Below, in pieces: positions 8,987 to 18,458 of a DNA stretch of 58,469 bases (its first letter is position 1; the number at the start of each line of letters is the position of its first letter). The notes beneath the pieces were generated by a model. It had not been told where the DNA came from. It saw nothing but the letters and a program-made list of their open reading frames with translations, and searched no databases. This DNA comes from Dehalococcoidia bacterium (lineage in GTDB: Bacteria > Chloroflexota > Dehalococcoidia > DSTF01 > JACRBR01). Position numbers and translations under genes: made by a program. The DNA lies in assembly GCA_041494685.1 (NCBI GenBank), contig JBGQBE010000015.1:1-58469 (forward strand), in the 5' to 3' direction.

Positions 8987-9895
8987 TCAGCTCGTGCGCG
9001 CGATGAAGTCCACGACGACGCGCGCGAGTTCTGCGCCCTTGTCTTCCTGCAGGAAGTGGCCGCCGCCCTCGATGGTGACGTGCGGCTGCCCCTTGGCGCC
9101 CGGGATCCGCGCCTGCAGCACGCGCTCGCCGCCCTTCGTGACGGGATCGGAGTCACTGAACGTCGTCAGGAAGGGCTTCTCCCATCGTTCGAGCACCTCC
9201 CACGCGCGCCGGTTCGCCGGGGCGGCCGGATCATCCGGGCTCGTTGGCACCAGCGACGGGAAGATCCGCGCGCCGGCCTTGTACGAGTCATCCGGGAAGG
9301 GCGCGTCATATGCCGCCACCACGTCGTCGCTGAGCGTCGTGACCGTGGCACCCTGGATCAACCGGCCGATCTCGAACACCGGCGACGTCTGCGAGAACTT
9401 CTGCCAGCGCATGAACGCCTCGTTCGCCGGCCGGTCGCCCGTGGGGAGTCCACCGTTGGCGATCACAATGCGCGCGAATCGCGCTTCGTTCTCGGCCGCG
9501 AGCCGCAGTCCGAGGACGGCGCCCCAGTCCTGCGCGAACAGCGTCACGCCCCTCAGGTCCAACTCGGTGAGGAATGACGTGAGCCAGTCCACGTGGCGCT
9601 GGAACGTATAATCCGACTGCTCCGCGGGCTTGTCGCTGCGGCCGAATCCGATCAGGTCGGGCGCGATGGCGCGGTGTCCGGCGGCGCCGATGCCCGGAAT
9701 CATCTTCCGGTACAGGTACGACCATGACGGCTCGCCGTGTAGCAGAAGGACGACCTTGCCATCGCGCGGCCCCTCGTCGATGAAGTGCATGCGCAGGGTA
9801 CCGCCTTCGCCGTCCGGCACGTCCACGTAGTGCGGCTCGAAGGCGTAGCCGGGCAGGTTCTTGAACCGATCGTCGGGGGTGCGCAGCGCTTTCAC
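8987..9895 (-). CDS. Haloalkane dehalogenase (HLD-I-like alpha/beta hydrolase)
   Basis: LRTPDDRF, LLHGEPSWSYLYRKMI, DLIGFGRSDKP, nucleophile QDWG, catalytic His GGHFLQED. Confidence 0.9.
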   Translation of the reverse strand: MKALRTPDDRFKNLPGYAFEPHYVDVPDGEGGTLRMHFIDEGPRDGKVVLLLHGEPSWSYLYRKMIPGIGAAGHRAIAPDLIGFGRSDKPAEQSDYTFQRHVDWLTSFLTELDLRGVTLFAQDWGAVLGLRLAAENEARFARIVIANGGLPTGDRPANEAFMRWQKFSQTSPVFEIGRLIQGATVTTLSDDVVAAYDAPFPDDSYKAGARIFPSLVPTSPDDPAAPANRRAWEVLERWEKPFLTTFSDSDPVTKGGERVLQARIPGAKGQPHVTIEGGGHFLQEDKGAELARVVVDFIARTS

Positions 9896-9918
9896 GTCGG
9901 TGCCTTTCGCTGGTGCTG

Positions 9919-10725
9919 TCAGTTGGATTCGATCAGGCTGTAGGTGTTGGAGATGTCGTCCTGCAAGACGGTGGCCTCGACGCCCGCATAGGACACTCGC
10001 AGGGTGCTGTCGAGCGTGCGAACGCGGTAACTCCAGCCGGCGGGCAGCGTGAGCCGGGCCGCCAGGCCCGGCAGGTCCGGCTGCGCGAGCGTGGCGATCT
10101 GCTGCTGACTGTAGGCCTGCATCACGTAGACCTTGCCGGCGGGATCGACCAGTTCGTAGACGTCGGCTCCTTTCGCGAACTCGAACACCGTCGCACGTGC
10201 GACGCGATGTTCCGTGTACGGCGCGAGATTCGGCGGGATGGGGCCGAGATCGACGGTCGCGGCCAGGAACATGTCCAGGGAGCCGAAGGTCGTCGTCTGT
10301 CGCTCACTCGCGGGTTGCTTCTCGATCGCGTCCATGAGCCAGTAGCGCGGCCCGTTGAGCAGCACTGCGAGGACGCCGCGTTCCGTCTTAATCGCGCCGG
10401 CGTCGAGCGCCTTCCATGCATCCTCGGGGCAGTCGTTCAGGCCGTAGCTGTTGTACACCTCGGCGTTCAGGCGCCCATCGACGAGCCGCGCCAGCAGGAC
10501 CTCGCAGTAGCGCTTGCCGCGAAGCCCCTCCACCCGGGGCCACCCCTGCACGCCGGTCAGCGTGCCGGCCGGCTTGGCCGCGCCATTCGTCGCCGAGGGA
10601 GTCGATGGCGCCGTACTTCCGGCGGAACCCTTCGAACTGCACGCCGCCGCGAGGGCCAGGCTGGCGCATGCAACGAGGAAGACGAGGTGCGGATGCCTAT
10701 GGCTGCGAGTAGCGCGGACTTGCAT
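9919..10725 (-). CDS. Hypothetical lipoprotein
   Basis: Hydrophobic signal ending LAAAC, Ser/Thr/Pro linker, globular domain (RYCEVL, LNDCP, NGPRYWLMD, YVMQAYSQ). Confidence 0.7.
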   Translation of the reverse strand: MQVRATRSHRHPHLVFLVACASLALAAACSSKGSAGSTAPSTPSATNGAAKPAGTLTGVQGWPRVEGLRGKRYCEVLLARLVDGRLNAEVYNSYGLNDCPEDAWKALDAGAIKTERGVLAVLLNGPRYWLMDAIEKQPASERQTTTFGSLDMFLAATVDLGPIPPNLAPYTEHRVARATVFEFAKGADVYELVDPAGKVYVMQAYSQQQIATLAQPDLPGLAARLTLPAGWSYRVRTLDSTLRVSYAGVEATVLQDDISNTYSLIESN

Positions 10726-10757
10726 GTTGTCCCTGTTCTTGTGCCGCTCGTTCTGTT

Positions 10758-11660
10758 TCAGGCGCCGCGCTTGACGACGGGCACGCGCTCGGTGTCGTAC
10801 GCGACGCGCACCGGGCCGGCGTAGATGTCGCTGAAGCCGGCCATGAACGCCGCGACCTGCGCCGGGTCGTTCGTGATCGGCGGGATGACGTGGGTGAGGA
10901 CCACTTCGCCGACGCCGGCGTCCCGCGCGAGCGCCGCGATCTCATACGTCCCGATGTGGTACGACGGCACGTCTCCGAGCAGGCCCGCCTCCCGGGCCAT
11001 GCCCATCGTCTTGAGCGCCGCGATGCGTTGCTCCATCATCGGCAAGTTCATCGCCTCGCACACCAGCATGTCGGCGCCGCGCGACGCCGCGGCGAGCGAG
11101 TCGCACAGCGACGTATCGCCGGACAATACGACTGAGCGTCCGTCAAACGAAACCCGGTAGCCGAACGCGGGCACCACCGGGAAGTGGTCGACTTCGAAGC
11201 TCTCGAAACGCAGCTCGCCGATCTCCAGGAACCGTTGTGGTGACGATGTGACCGGCACTTCCGTCACCTCGACCTTGATGCCGTCCGGGTGGAGCTTGTC
11301 GCCGTGATGCGCGAGCCGGAATCCGATGTCCCGGCGCAGCGCCAGCAGGAAACCGTCGACCATTTCCTGCGTCCCTTCGGGCCCGTACACGCGCAGCTGG
11401 ACCTGCGCGCCGTACGTCCACCGCTGGAAGAGAAAGTCGGGCAGATCCGTCATGTGGTCGGTGTGCATGTGGGTGAACAGCGCTGTGTCGACCAGGTTGG
11501 GCCGAACGCCCGACGGCAGGAGCCGGCGGGCGGCGCCCCAACCGCAATCGACGAGCACATTCGTGTCGCCCGCGACAACGACGTTGCCCGCTCCACAGCG
11601 GTCGGGGTTCGCCAGGGGGCTGCCCGTGCCCAGGAACACGATCTCGAAGCGCTCAGTCAT
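10758..11660 (-). CDS. MBL-fold metallo-hydrolase (RNase Z/AtsA-like)
   Basis: FLGTGSP, LVDCG, THMHTDH, VDH, SGDT, CEA, YH, LTH motifs. Confidence 0.85.
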   Translation of the reverse strand: MTERFEIVFLGTGSPLANPDRCGAGNVVVAGDTNVLVDCGWGAARRLLPSGVRPNLVDTALFTHMHTDHMTDLPDFLFQRWTYGAQVQLRVYGPEGTQEMVDGFLLALRRDIGFRLAHHGDKLHPDGIKVEVTEVPVTSSPQRFLEIGELRFESFEVDHFPVVPAFGYRVSFDGRSVVLSGDTSLCDSLAAASRGADMLVCEAMNLPMMEQRIAALKTMGMAREAGLLGDVPSYHIGTYEIAALARDAGVGEVVLTHVIPPITNDPAQVAAFMAGFSDIYAGPVRVAYDTERVPVVKRGA

Positions 11661-11858
11661 GGGGTTGCGGACCTTTCTTCTTAAGAGCCCTCGCCGCCAT
11701 GTGCCGGAGTGAGGCGGGCAGGTTCGGCGGCACGCTCCGGCCCTACGACGGTGAGTGTCGGTCGGCGTGGCGATGGCGACCGCTTCGGCCGAGCCCCCGG
11801 CTCTTCTGAGCTTCGGCCGTCTGGCCATGCAGAGGTCCGCGGCGACCGTTAACCTATC

Positions 11859-11883
11859 ATGTTGGCACTGGTCGTGTCAACAT
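11859..11883. promoter_or_regulatory. Putative TetR operator upstream of the MBL-lipoprotein-dehalogenase operon
   Basis: ATGTTGGCAC-TGGTC-GTGTCAACAT, same TTGGCAC-N5-GTGYCAA core as 12692-12712. Confidence 0.7.
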
Positions 11884-11990
11884 CAATTGGCATCGGCGGC
11901 GACAGAAGGCGCAGATCCTGCACGGCGGCGCCAGGCGCGCTTCCGCTCGACCCGGCGCGGGCGAGCGCATGCACGGATGCATGGCTGGGG

Positions 11991-12650
11991 CTACGCGTTG
12001 GCGGAGGGCGCGAGCAGCGCCGTGAGACAGCGGCGCATCGCGTCGCCGGCCTGTTTCGGCGTCAGCTGCTGCGCGTCGGTGAGCAGATGATACGACTCAA
12101 ACGAGCACAGCACGTCGGCGGCGGCGAGCGTGGCGAGCCGCTGCCGGCGGTCGAGCGACTGGAGCTCGGCCGCGAACTGCTTCTCGATCTGCCGCCTGAA
12201 GAACCCCCTGCTTCGTTGCAGATCTTCGGCGACGACCCGCTCGAAGGGCGCTCGCAACCTCGCGACGAGAGCGACCGGCCCGATGGCATCGAACAGCCGC
12301 GTCCGCTGCTCCGTGAGCCGCGCGATGCGATCGGCGAGCGAGCCCTCGCCGATACGGGGGACCTCGAGCAGATGGGCGACCCTCGCCTGCTGGCGCGCGA
12401 TGGCCGCTCGATCAAGCGTGTCGAGATCGTCGAAATACCGGAAGACCGACCGGCGCGAGACGCCGGACCGCGCGGCGATCTCGTCCGCGCCGGGGCGGAG
12501 GTTGCCCTCGCTGAACAGATCGAGCAGCGCGTCGACGACGGCGTGGAGGTTGCGGTCGCGCCAGGCGCGGCGGCCGTCGACCGCCGCCGGAGGCGCTCCG
12601 GCGGCGGTGCTGTTAGTCTTCGGCCGGGGGGCGGTGTCGGCTGTCTCCAT
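11991..12650 (-). CDS. TetR/AcrR family transcriptional regulator
   Basis: DGRRAWRDRN, HTH PGADEIAARSGVSRRSVFRYF. Confidence 0.9.
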   Translation of the reverse strand: METADTAPRPKTNSTAAGAPPAAVDGRRAWRDRNLHAVVDALLDLFSEGNLRPGADEIAARSGVSRRSVFRYFDDLDTLDRAAIARQQARVAHLLEVPRIGEGSLADRIARLTEQRTRLFDAIGPVALVARLRAPFERVVAEDLQRSRGFFRRQIEKQFAAELQSLDRRQRLATLAAADVLCSFESYHLLTDAQQLTPKQAGDAMRRCLTALLAPSANA

Positions 12651-12667
12651 GTCCCCACTATGTACTT

Positions 12668-12712
12668 GTGGCGCGATCAGTGTCAACTTGCATTGGCACT
12701 ATTAGTGCCAAT
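12668..12712. promoter_or_regulatory. Two tandem putative TetR operators in the divergent promoter
   Basis: Perfect palindrome ATTGGCACTA-T-TAGTGCCAAT (12692-12712) and weaker GTGGCGC-GATCA-GTGTCAA (12668-12686). Confidence 0.75.
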
Positions 12713-12728
12713 AGAATCGTGGCGTCGC

Positions 12729-13997
12729 ATGACCGATCTTGATTCCGCCGGTCCGATCCCCGGCTACTTCGACAGCCCCTTCCCGGGCGAGGACGGCGGG
12801 CCGAGGCGGCAGCTCATCCCGCGATCACCGGGGCTCGCCATTAGATCGGATGAGCCGCTGCGCGTAACATCGCGCCGGGCCTCGTTCGCCAACATGGTGG
12901 TCCTCCGGGAGCCGGGCGAGGTGTTCGTGCAGGGCAATTCCCAGCCCTCGAAGAACACGACGTCGTGGGTCGAGCGCGTCGATCCGGTGACGCTGACGAC
13001 CGTCGCCCGATCGCCGGACATGCCGGGAGGCCCCTTCTGGGCGGGCGGCATCCTCGTGCACGCGAACGGCTATCTCTACGTGACGTACGGCCGCTACTGC
13101 CACAAGCTCGACGCGGGCTGTGCGCTCGTCGCGAGCCGCGAGTTGCCCCGGGCGCAGCCGTACAACAGCCTGCTCGCGCTCTCCGACGGCAACCTCGTGA
13201 TGAAGAATTTCGTGCGCGACGGCTCATCCCATTCGTACTTCTCCGTGCTCGAGCCCGGGCGCCTCGAACCGGTATGCCCCGAGGTCGAGATCCCGGAAGG
13301 GTCGATCGCCCGCATCTCGAAGGACATGAGCGGCGATGGCGAGTTCGTCTACGTGGTCGGCGACCACATGATCTTCCGCTACCGCTACGAGCACGGCGTC
13401 CTGTCGCGCGACGCGACGTGGGCCTACCGCTATCGAACCCTGCCGGACGGCGAGCAGTCCTACGGCTGGGACGCGGTGATCGCTGACGGCAGCGCCTGGT
13501 TCATGGATAACGGCGACTTCAACTTCCGGGGGACGATGAACGGCACAGGGGTCGCGACCGGCCCCCTCCATCTGTGCCGGGTATCGCTCACGGACGCGCA
13601 CGACGCTGAGATGTTCACGCCATTCGACCTGCCGCGCGGCACGATCGTCAACCCGCCCCTCGTCGACGCGTGGCGGCGCATCGCCGTGGCGTACGACAGC
13701 GGGAACGGCCGCATCGGCGGCTTCCGGTACGGTCCGGGGTCGTTCGCTCGCCTCTGGGAGCGCGAGTTCGGCGCGAGCAACCACTTCCTGCTCTTTCAGG
13801 ACACGGGAGAGATCGTGGTCAACGACTTCGACGGCGCGACGGAGCACGTCGTCGTGCTCGATGTCGAGACCGGCTCCGAAATGGCTCGCGCGGCGACGGG
13901 GAGTCCGATGCAGTCGCTGCTGTTCCAGGCGCCTGGCTGGTCGCGCGACGTGTATACCTGCACGTTCACGACGCTCTCTCGGGCCTTCGTCGAGTAA
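12729..13997 (+). CDS. Hypothetical protein, probable beta-propeller
   Basis: Starts MTDLDSAG; beta-rich repeats (VHANGYLYV, LSDGNLVMK, TGEIVVND); upstream part of ORF 11859 is antisense to tetR. Confidence 0.7.
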   Translation: MTDLDSAGPIPGYFDSPFPGEDGGPRRQLIPRSPGLAIRSDEPLRVTSRRASFANMVVLREPGEVFVQGNSQPSKNTTSWVERVDPVTLTTVARSPDMPGGPFWAGGILVHANGYLYVTYGRYCHKLDAGCALVASRELPRAQPYNSLLALSDGNLVMKNFVRDGSSHSYFSVLEPGRLEPVCPEVEIPEGSIARISKDMSGDGEFVYVVGDHMIFRYRYEHGVLSRDATWAYRYRTLPDGEQSYGWDAVIADGSAWFMDNGDFNFRGTMNGTGVATGPLHLCRVSLTDAHDAEMFTPFDLPRGTIVNPPLVDAWRRIAVAYDSGNGRIGGFRYGPGSFARLWEREFGASNHFLLFQDTGEIVVNDFDGATEHVVVLDVETGSEMARAATGSPMQSLLFQAPGWSRDVYTCTFTTLSRAFVE

Positions 13998-14451
13998 GCC
14001 AACTACCATCCGCGGTCAGCGAGAGCGGCTGTCCTTTCGCGCGGGATCGATCGACTCCGCTGACGATCGACACAGTGGCGGACGGCACCTCGACTAGAGC
14101 CGAAAGTCCCGGGACGTGGCTGCGCCGCCGCTGCGCGCGCGGCGCTCTCCCGGCGCGTGATCGTGACGGAGTACGACGGCGACGCGATGCGGTACGTACG
14201 GGACTCCACGTGCCGTTTGGCCGCGGCCCGAGAGCCGTTCGGACGGTGTGCCTGCGCTGATCCCCCGACTACGATCGGCCCGCGTTCCCGGCTCCCACGA
14301 TTCGTGCGCGGGTTCTGGTGCGTTCAGCGGACATCCGGCACGTGCGGGTGCCGAACTCCGGCGGCACGTAGACACGAGACGCATGCCGCGGGAGGCGAGA
14401 GCACGATCAGGGCGTTCGGACCGGGCGCCCGGATCAGGAGGGAGACTGGCG

Positions 14452-17235
14452 GTGCAACAGGTCGAACGAAAGACGCCGGCGGGGGAGTGGGCGGACCGGT
14501 ATCGCAACCAATGGAAGTGGGACAAGGTCACCTGGGGCAGCCACTCGGTGGACTGTTACCCGGGCGGATGTCCGTGGCGCGTGTACGTGCGCGACGGGAA
14601 GATCGTGCGCGAGGAGCAGGGCGGCAAACTGCCCGTCATCGAACAGGGTGTGCCGGACATGAATCCGATGGGGTGCCAGAAGGGTGCGTCGTGGTGCCAC
14701 CTGCACTCATCTCCGGACCGGATCACCTACCCGATGAAGCGCGCCGGAGAGCGGGGCGAGGGGAAGTGGAAGCGGGTGTCGTGGGACGAGGCGTTCACCG
14801 ATATCGCCGACGCGATGCTCGACGCCGTCCAGGAGCAGGGAGCCGAGTCGATCATCAACCTAATGACCCCGGAGCCGGGGGCGGCGCCGGCGCGCATGTT
14901 CAGTAACGCCCTGGGCTCACCGACCACCGACGGCAACTCGGAGTTCCAGGACTTCAGCCCCGGCTACTACATCACCTGGGGCAAGTTCAACCCCGTCAGC
15001 TCCATGGACGACTGGTTCTTGGCCGAGTTGACGCTGATCTGGCACTGCAACCCGGTCTACACGAACATCCACTGGTACCACTACGTCTCCGAGTCCCGCT
15101 ACAACGGCGGCGAAGTCGTGACCATCGCGCCCGACTTCAGCCCCTCGGCGATCCACGCCGACTACCACATGCCGGTAAAGATCGGCAGCGACGCGGCGCT
15201 CGCGCTGTCGATGTGCAAGGTGATCATCGACGCGGGCCTGTACAAGAAGCGCTTCGTGCAGGAGCAGACCGATCTGGCGCTGCTCGTCCGCAAGGACAAC
15301 CTGCGGTTCCTGCGCGGCAGCGACATGGCCGAGGGCGACCGCGACGACCAGTTCTTCTGGATGGACGCGAAGTCGAAAGTGCCGACGCCGGCGCCGCGCG
15401 GCACGCTGGCGATGGCCGACGTGGACCCGGCGCTGGAAGGGACGTACACGGTCACGCTCAAGGACGGCAGCAAGGTGGAGGTCACGCCCGCGTTCGAGCG
15501 ACTGCGCGAGCGGCTCAAGGACTACGAGCCCGACGTGGCCGCCAAGATCTGCGAGATCCACCCCGACATGATCCGGTCGCTCGCGCGCAAAGTCGCCACG
15601 CGCAGGACCAAGATCTTCAGCGGCTGGAACTCGGGCAAGTACTACCACGGCGACCTGTACGAGCGGTCTATGGCGTTGCTACTTGCGCTCACGGGCAACT
15701 GGGGCAAGAAGGGCACCGGTACGCGCTCATGGGCGATCTCCGGGCTCGACGGTGGCGCTTTCGTCCGGAACAAGGGGCGCATGGGGCAGGACGCAGCGAG
15801 GGAGTGGGTGACGAACCTGGCCAAGGCGCGCCGCATGCTCACGCAAGACGACCCGACACTGACCCTCGAGATGGTGACGTATCGGGCGGCGCAGATGGCC
15901 GCCGAGCTGGGCGGGCTGGGCCGCATGATCCCGCCAGCGTTCCTCTGGTACTACCAGTACGGCTACAAGGACCGTTGGAACAACCCGGACAACAACGACC
16001 CGTCGATGAAGCGCACGTTCGATGAGTACCTGAACGAGGCGATCGACAAGGGCTGGTGGGACGCCGGGCTGGCCAAGACGTATCGCGAGGTGACGCCGCG
16101 CGTGCTGTTCGAGTCGGGCGGCAACATGCTGCGGCGGCAGCGCGGCGGGCAGAAGCTGCTGCTGGAGAAGCTGTGGCCAGAGCTGAAGATGATCGTGTCC
16201 GTCGACTATCGCATCAACACGACGGGCCTCTACTCCGACTACATCCTGCCGGCGGCGCAGCACTACGAGAAGATCGGCAACAGCATGCCGTCGGTGCACC
16301 ACATGAACTTCGTGCTCATCGACAAAGCTGTCGATCCGCCAGACGATGCGATGAACGATTACGACATCGGCATCGGGCTGGTGCGCAAGATCGAGGAGCG
16401 GGCGACCGCGCGTGAGATGCTGCAGTTCACGGATCGCGGCGGCGTCGTCCACGACCTGCACGACATAACGAACAGGCTCACGATGAACGGGGCGCTCCTC
16501 GACGAAGAAGCGCGGGTCGACGAAGCGCTGAAGGACGATGCGGCGTACGGCATTCTGCCGCCGGACAGCTCGCTGGAAGTGGCGCGTCAGAAGGGCGCTA
16601 TCCGCTGGACGGGCTGGGGCCTCGTAGGGCACGGACTCGGGCAGGCTTCCACGATCAAGCCGGATGAGGTGCACAACCCGTTCCGCTGGCACACCGAGGA
16701 CAAGGTGCCGTATCCGACGCTGACGCGGCGCGCCCAGTTCTACATCGACCACGAGTGGTTCCTCGAAGCCGGCGAAGAGTTGCCGGTTCACAAAGAGCCG
16801 CCGACGCACGGCGGCCCGAGCCGGAAGTTCAAGATGACCAGCGGTCACAATCGCTGGAGCATCCACTCCATGAACATGACCAACAACATCATCCTCAACA
16901 CGCACCGGGGAGAGCCGTTCATGTTCATCAACGACCAGGATGCGAAGGCGAAGGGCATCGAGAACGGCGAGTGGGTGAACGTCGTCAGCGACGTGGGATC
17001 GATGGAGATCACGGCGAAGATCTCGCCGTCGGTGCGACCCGGACAGGTCATCGTCTACAACGGCTTCGAGCCGTACATGCACCGCAACTGGTACAGCCAG
17101 GCCGACGTGGAGCCGGGTCACGTGAAGTGGCTGGGGCTCGTCGGCGGCTACGGGCACCTGCAGTACCGGCCGCTGCAGTGGCAGCCGGTACCGGCGGACC
17201 GGGCGGTGTATGTCGACGTAGAGAAGATCTCGTAG
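14452..17235 (+). CDS. Molybdopterin oxidoreductase alpha subunit 1 (DMSO reductase type II; EbdA/S25dA/NarG-like)
   Basis: GTG after AGGAGGGAG; YRNQWKWD, FS0 motif HSVDCYPGGC...NPMGCQKG, QDFSPG (Asp ligand region), PTLTRRAQFYIDH, SGHNRWSIHS; no twin-Arg leader. Confidence 0.9.
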   Translation: MQQVERKTPAGEWADRYRNQWKWDKVTWGSHSVDCYPGGCPWRVYVRDGKIVREEQGGKLPVIEQGVPDMNPMGCQKGASWCHLHSSPDRITYPMKRAGERGEGKWKRVSWDEAFTDIADAMLDAVQEQGAESIINLMTPEPGAAPARMFSNALGSPTTDGNSEFQDFSPGYYITWGKFNPVSSMDDWFLAELTLIWHCNPVYTNIHWYHYVSESRYNGGEVVTIAPDFSPSAIHADYHMPVKIGSDAALALSMCKVIIDAGLYKKRFVQEQTDLALLVRKDNLRFLRGSDMAEGDRDDQFFWMDAKSKVPTPAPRGTLAMADVDPALEGTYTVTLKDGSKVEVTPAFERLRERLKDYEPDVAAKICEIHPDMIRSLARKVATRRTKIFSGWNSGKYYHGDLYERSMALLLALTGNWGKKGTGTRSWAISGLDGGAFVRNKGRMGQDAAREWVTNLAKARRMLTQDDPTLTLEMVTYRAAQMAAELGGLGRMIPPAFLWYYQYGYKDRWNNPDNNDPSMKRTFDEYLNEAIDKGWWDAGLAKTYREVTPRVLFESGGNMLRRQRGGQKLLLEKLWPELKMIVSVDYRINTTGLYSDYILPAAQHYEKIGNSMPSVHHMNFVLIDKAVDPPDDAMNDYDIGIGLVRKIEERATAREMLQFTDRGGVVHDLHDITNRLTMNGALLDEEARVDEALKDDAAYGILPPDSSLEVARQKGAIRWTGWGLVGHGLGQASTIKPDEVHNPFRWHTEDKVPYPTLTRRAQFYIDHEWFLEAGEELPVHKEPPTHGGPSRKFKMTSGHNRWSIHSMNMTNNIILNTHRGEPFMFINDQDAKAKGIENGEWVNVVSDVGSMEITAKISPSVRPGQVIVYNGFEPYMHRNWYSQADVEPGHVKWLGLVGGYGHLQYRPLQWQPVPADRAVYVDVEKIS

Positions 17236-17287
17236 TGCGAGCGGTGGGCGTACGACGAAGCGCCACACGGAAGGGATGATGACCTGA

Positions 17288-18334
17288 ATGGGCACGATCA
17301 CGCAGTCGAAGCGCCAGCTCGCGTGGGTATTCGACTTGAACAAATGCATCGGCTGCCAGACCTGCTCGGTGGCCTGCAAGATGCTCTGGACGCAGGACGG
17401 CGGCAGCGAGCACATGTGGTGGATGACGGTGAACACGCAGCCGGGCAAGGGCACGCCCAAGGACTACGAGACCATGGGCGGGGGCTATCGCAACGGCAAG
17501 CAGACGCCCGGCAAGCTGCCAACCCGCGAGGAGTTCGGCGGCGGTTGGGACTACAACTACGACGAGGTGTTGCGCGGCGGCAAGGGCCGCACCGCCCACC
17601 TCGAGAAGATCGCGGGAAGCAAGACGTGGGGGCCTAATTGGGACGAGGACGAAGGCGGCGGCGAATTCCCGAACGCCTACTTCTTCTACCTGCCGCGGCT
17701 CTGCAACCACTGCACCCAGCCGGGGTGCGTCGAGGCGTGCCCGAACGACGCGCTGTACAAGGATCCCGAGAACGGCCTGGTCCTCCGCAACGAGGACCTC
17801 TGCAAGGGCGCGCAGATGTGTGCGCGCGCCTGCCCGTACAAGAAGATCTACTTCAACCCGGATCGCGGCGTGAGCCAGCAGTGCATCGGCTGCTTCCCGC
17901 GGATCGAGCAGGGCGTAGCGCCGGCGTGCGTGCGCCAGTGCCCCGGCCGCGCGGCGTGGATCGGCTTCCTCGACGACGAGCGCGGGCCCGTCTCCCGGCT
18001 CGTGAACAAGTGGAAGGTCGCGCTGCCGCTCCACGCCGAGTGGGAGACGAAGCCGAACGTGTACTACATCCCACCGCTGGCGCCGGTGCCGCTGAACGCG
18101 GACGGCAGCTTCAACGAAGGCGGCGAGCGCATCCCAGAGTCCTACCTGCGCACGCTCTTCGGCGCCGACGTGACGGGCGCCGTCGATACGTTGAAAGCCG
18201 AGATGGCGAAGCGGCGCCGGGGCGAGCCCTCCGAGGTGATGGACATGCTGATCATGTACCACTGGGAGGAGTGCCTGGGACCGTTCGACCGCGACCCGGC
18301 CGAGATCGTCTGGGCATCGAACGGCGCCGATTGA
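17288..18334 (+). CDS. Fe-S beta subunit (EbdB/NarH-like)
   Basis: DLNKCIGCQTCSVAC, GPNWDED, LPRLCNHC..PGCVEACP, CKGAQMCARACPYKK (3Fe-4S-type), CIGCFPR...CVRQCPGR. Confidence 0.92.
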   Translation: MGTITQSKRQLAWVFDLNKCIGCQTCSVACKMLWTQDGGSEHMWWMTVNTQPGKGTPKDYETMGGGYRNGKQTPGKLPTREEFGGGWDYNYDEVLRGGKGRTAHLEKIAGSKTWGPNWDEDEGGGEFPNAYFFYLPRLCNHCTQPGCVEACPNDALYKDPENGLVLRNEDLCKGAQMCARACPYKKIYFNPDRGVSQQCIGCFPRIEQGVAPACVRQCPGRAAWIGFLDDERGPVSRLVNKWKVALPLHAEWETKPNVYYIPPLAPVPLNADGSFNEGGERIPESYLRTLFGADVTGAVDTLKAEMAKRRRGEPSEVMDMLIMYHWEECLGPFDRDPAEIVWASNGAD

Positions 18335-18372
18335 CCGGGTCGACTTAACCGAATCGAAGGGCACGCAAAGAG

Positions 18373-18404
18373 CTCCGCACGACCCAACATCGGGTCGTGC
18401 GGAG
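18373..18404. terminator. 13-bp stem hairpin between convergent genes
   Basis: CTCCGCACGACCC-AACATC-GGGTCGTGCGGAG. Confidence 0.7.
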
Positions 18405-18458
18405 TTGCTGCTCGCGCGGTGGCGAGACGGTCGCGCGGAAGGCTGTCTCGGGGACGAT

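Noticed and set aside
11862..12712. TTGGCAC as sigma54 -24 elements
   Set aside because: Not followed by TTGC at -12; each is half of a palindrome next to a TetR gene
11859..12728. First 290 codons of the 712-aa ORF 11859..13997
   Set aside because: Antisense shadow of tetR; the realistic start is ATG 12729 after the operator
13998..14451. Moco/Wco riboswitch upstream of the molybdoenzyme (also checked 42136-42320)
   Set aside because: Could not recognise the conserved structure by eye; an Infernal scan would be needed
14452..18334. Calling the alpha/beta pair narGH, or alpha 3 an arsenate reductase/arsenite oxidase
   Set aside because: Alpha subunits are much shorter than NarG, no narJI or nitrate transporter is present, and motifs are type II (His-ligated FS0, Asp) rather than ArrA/AioA
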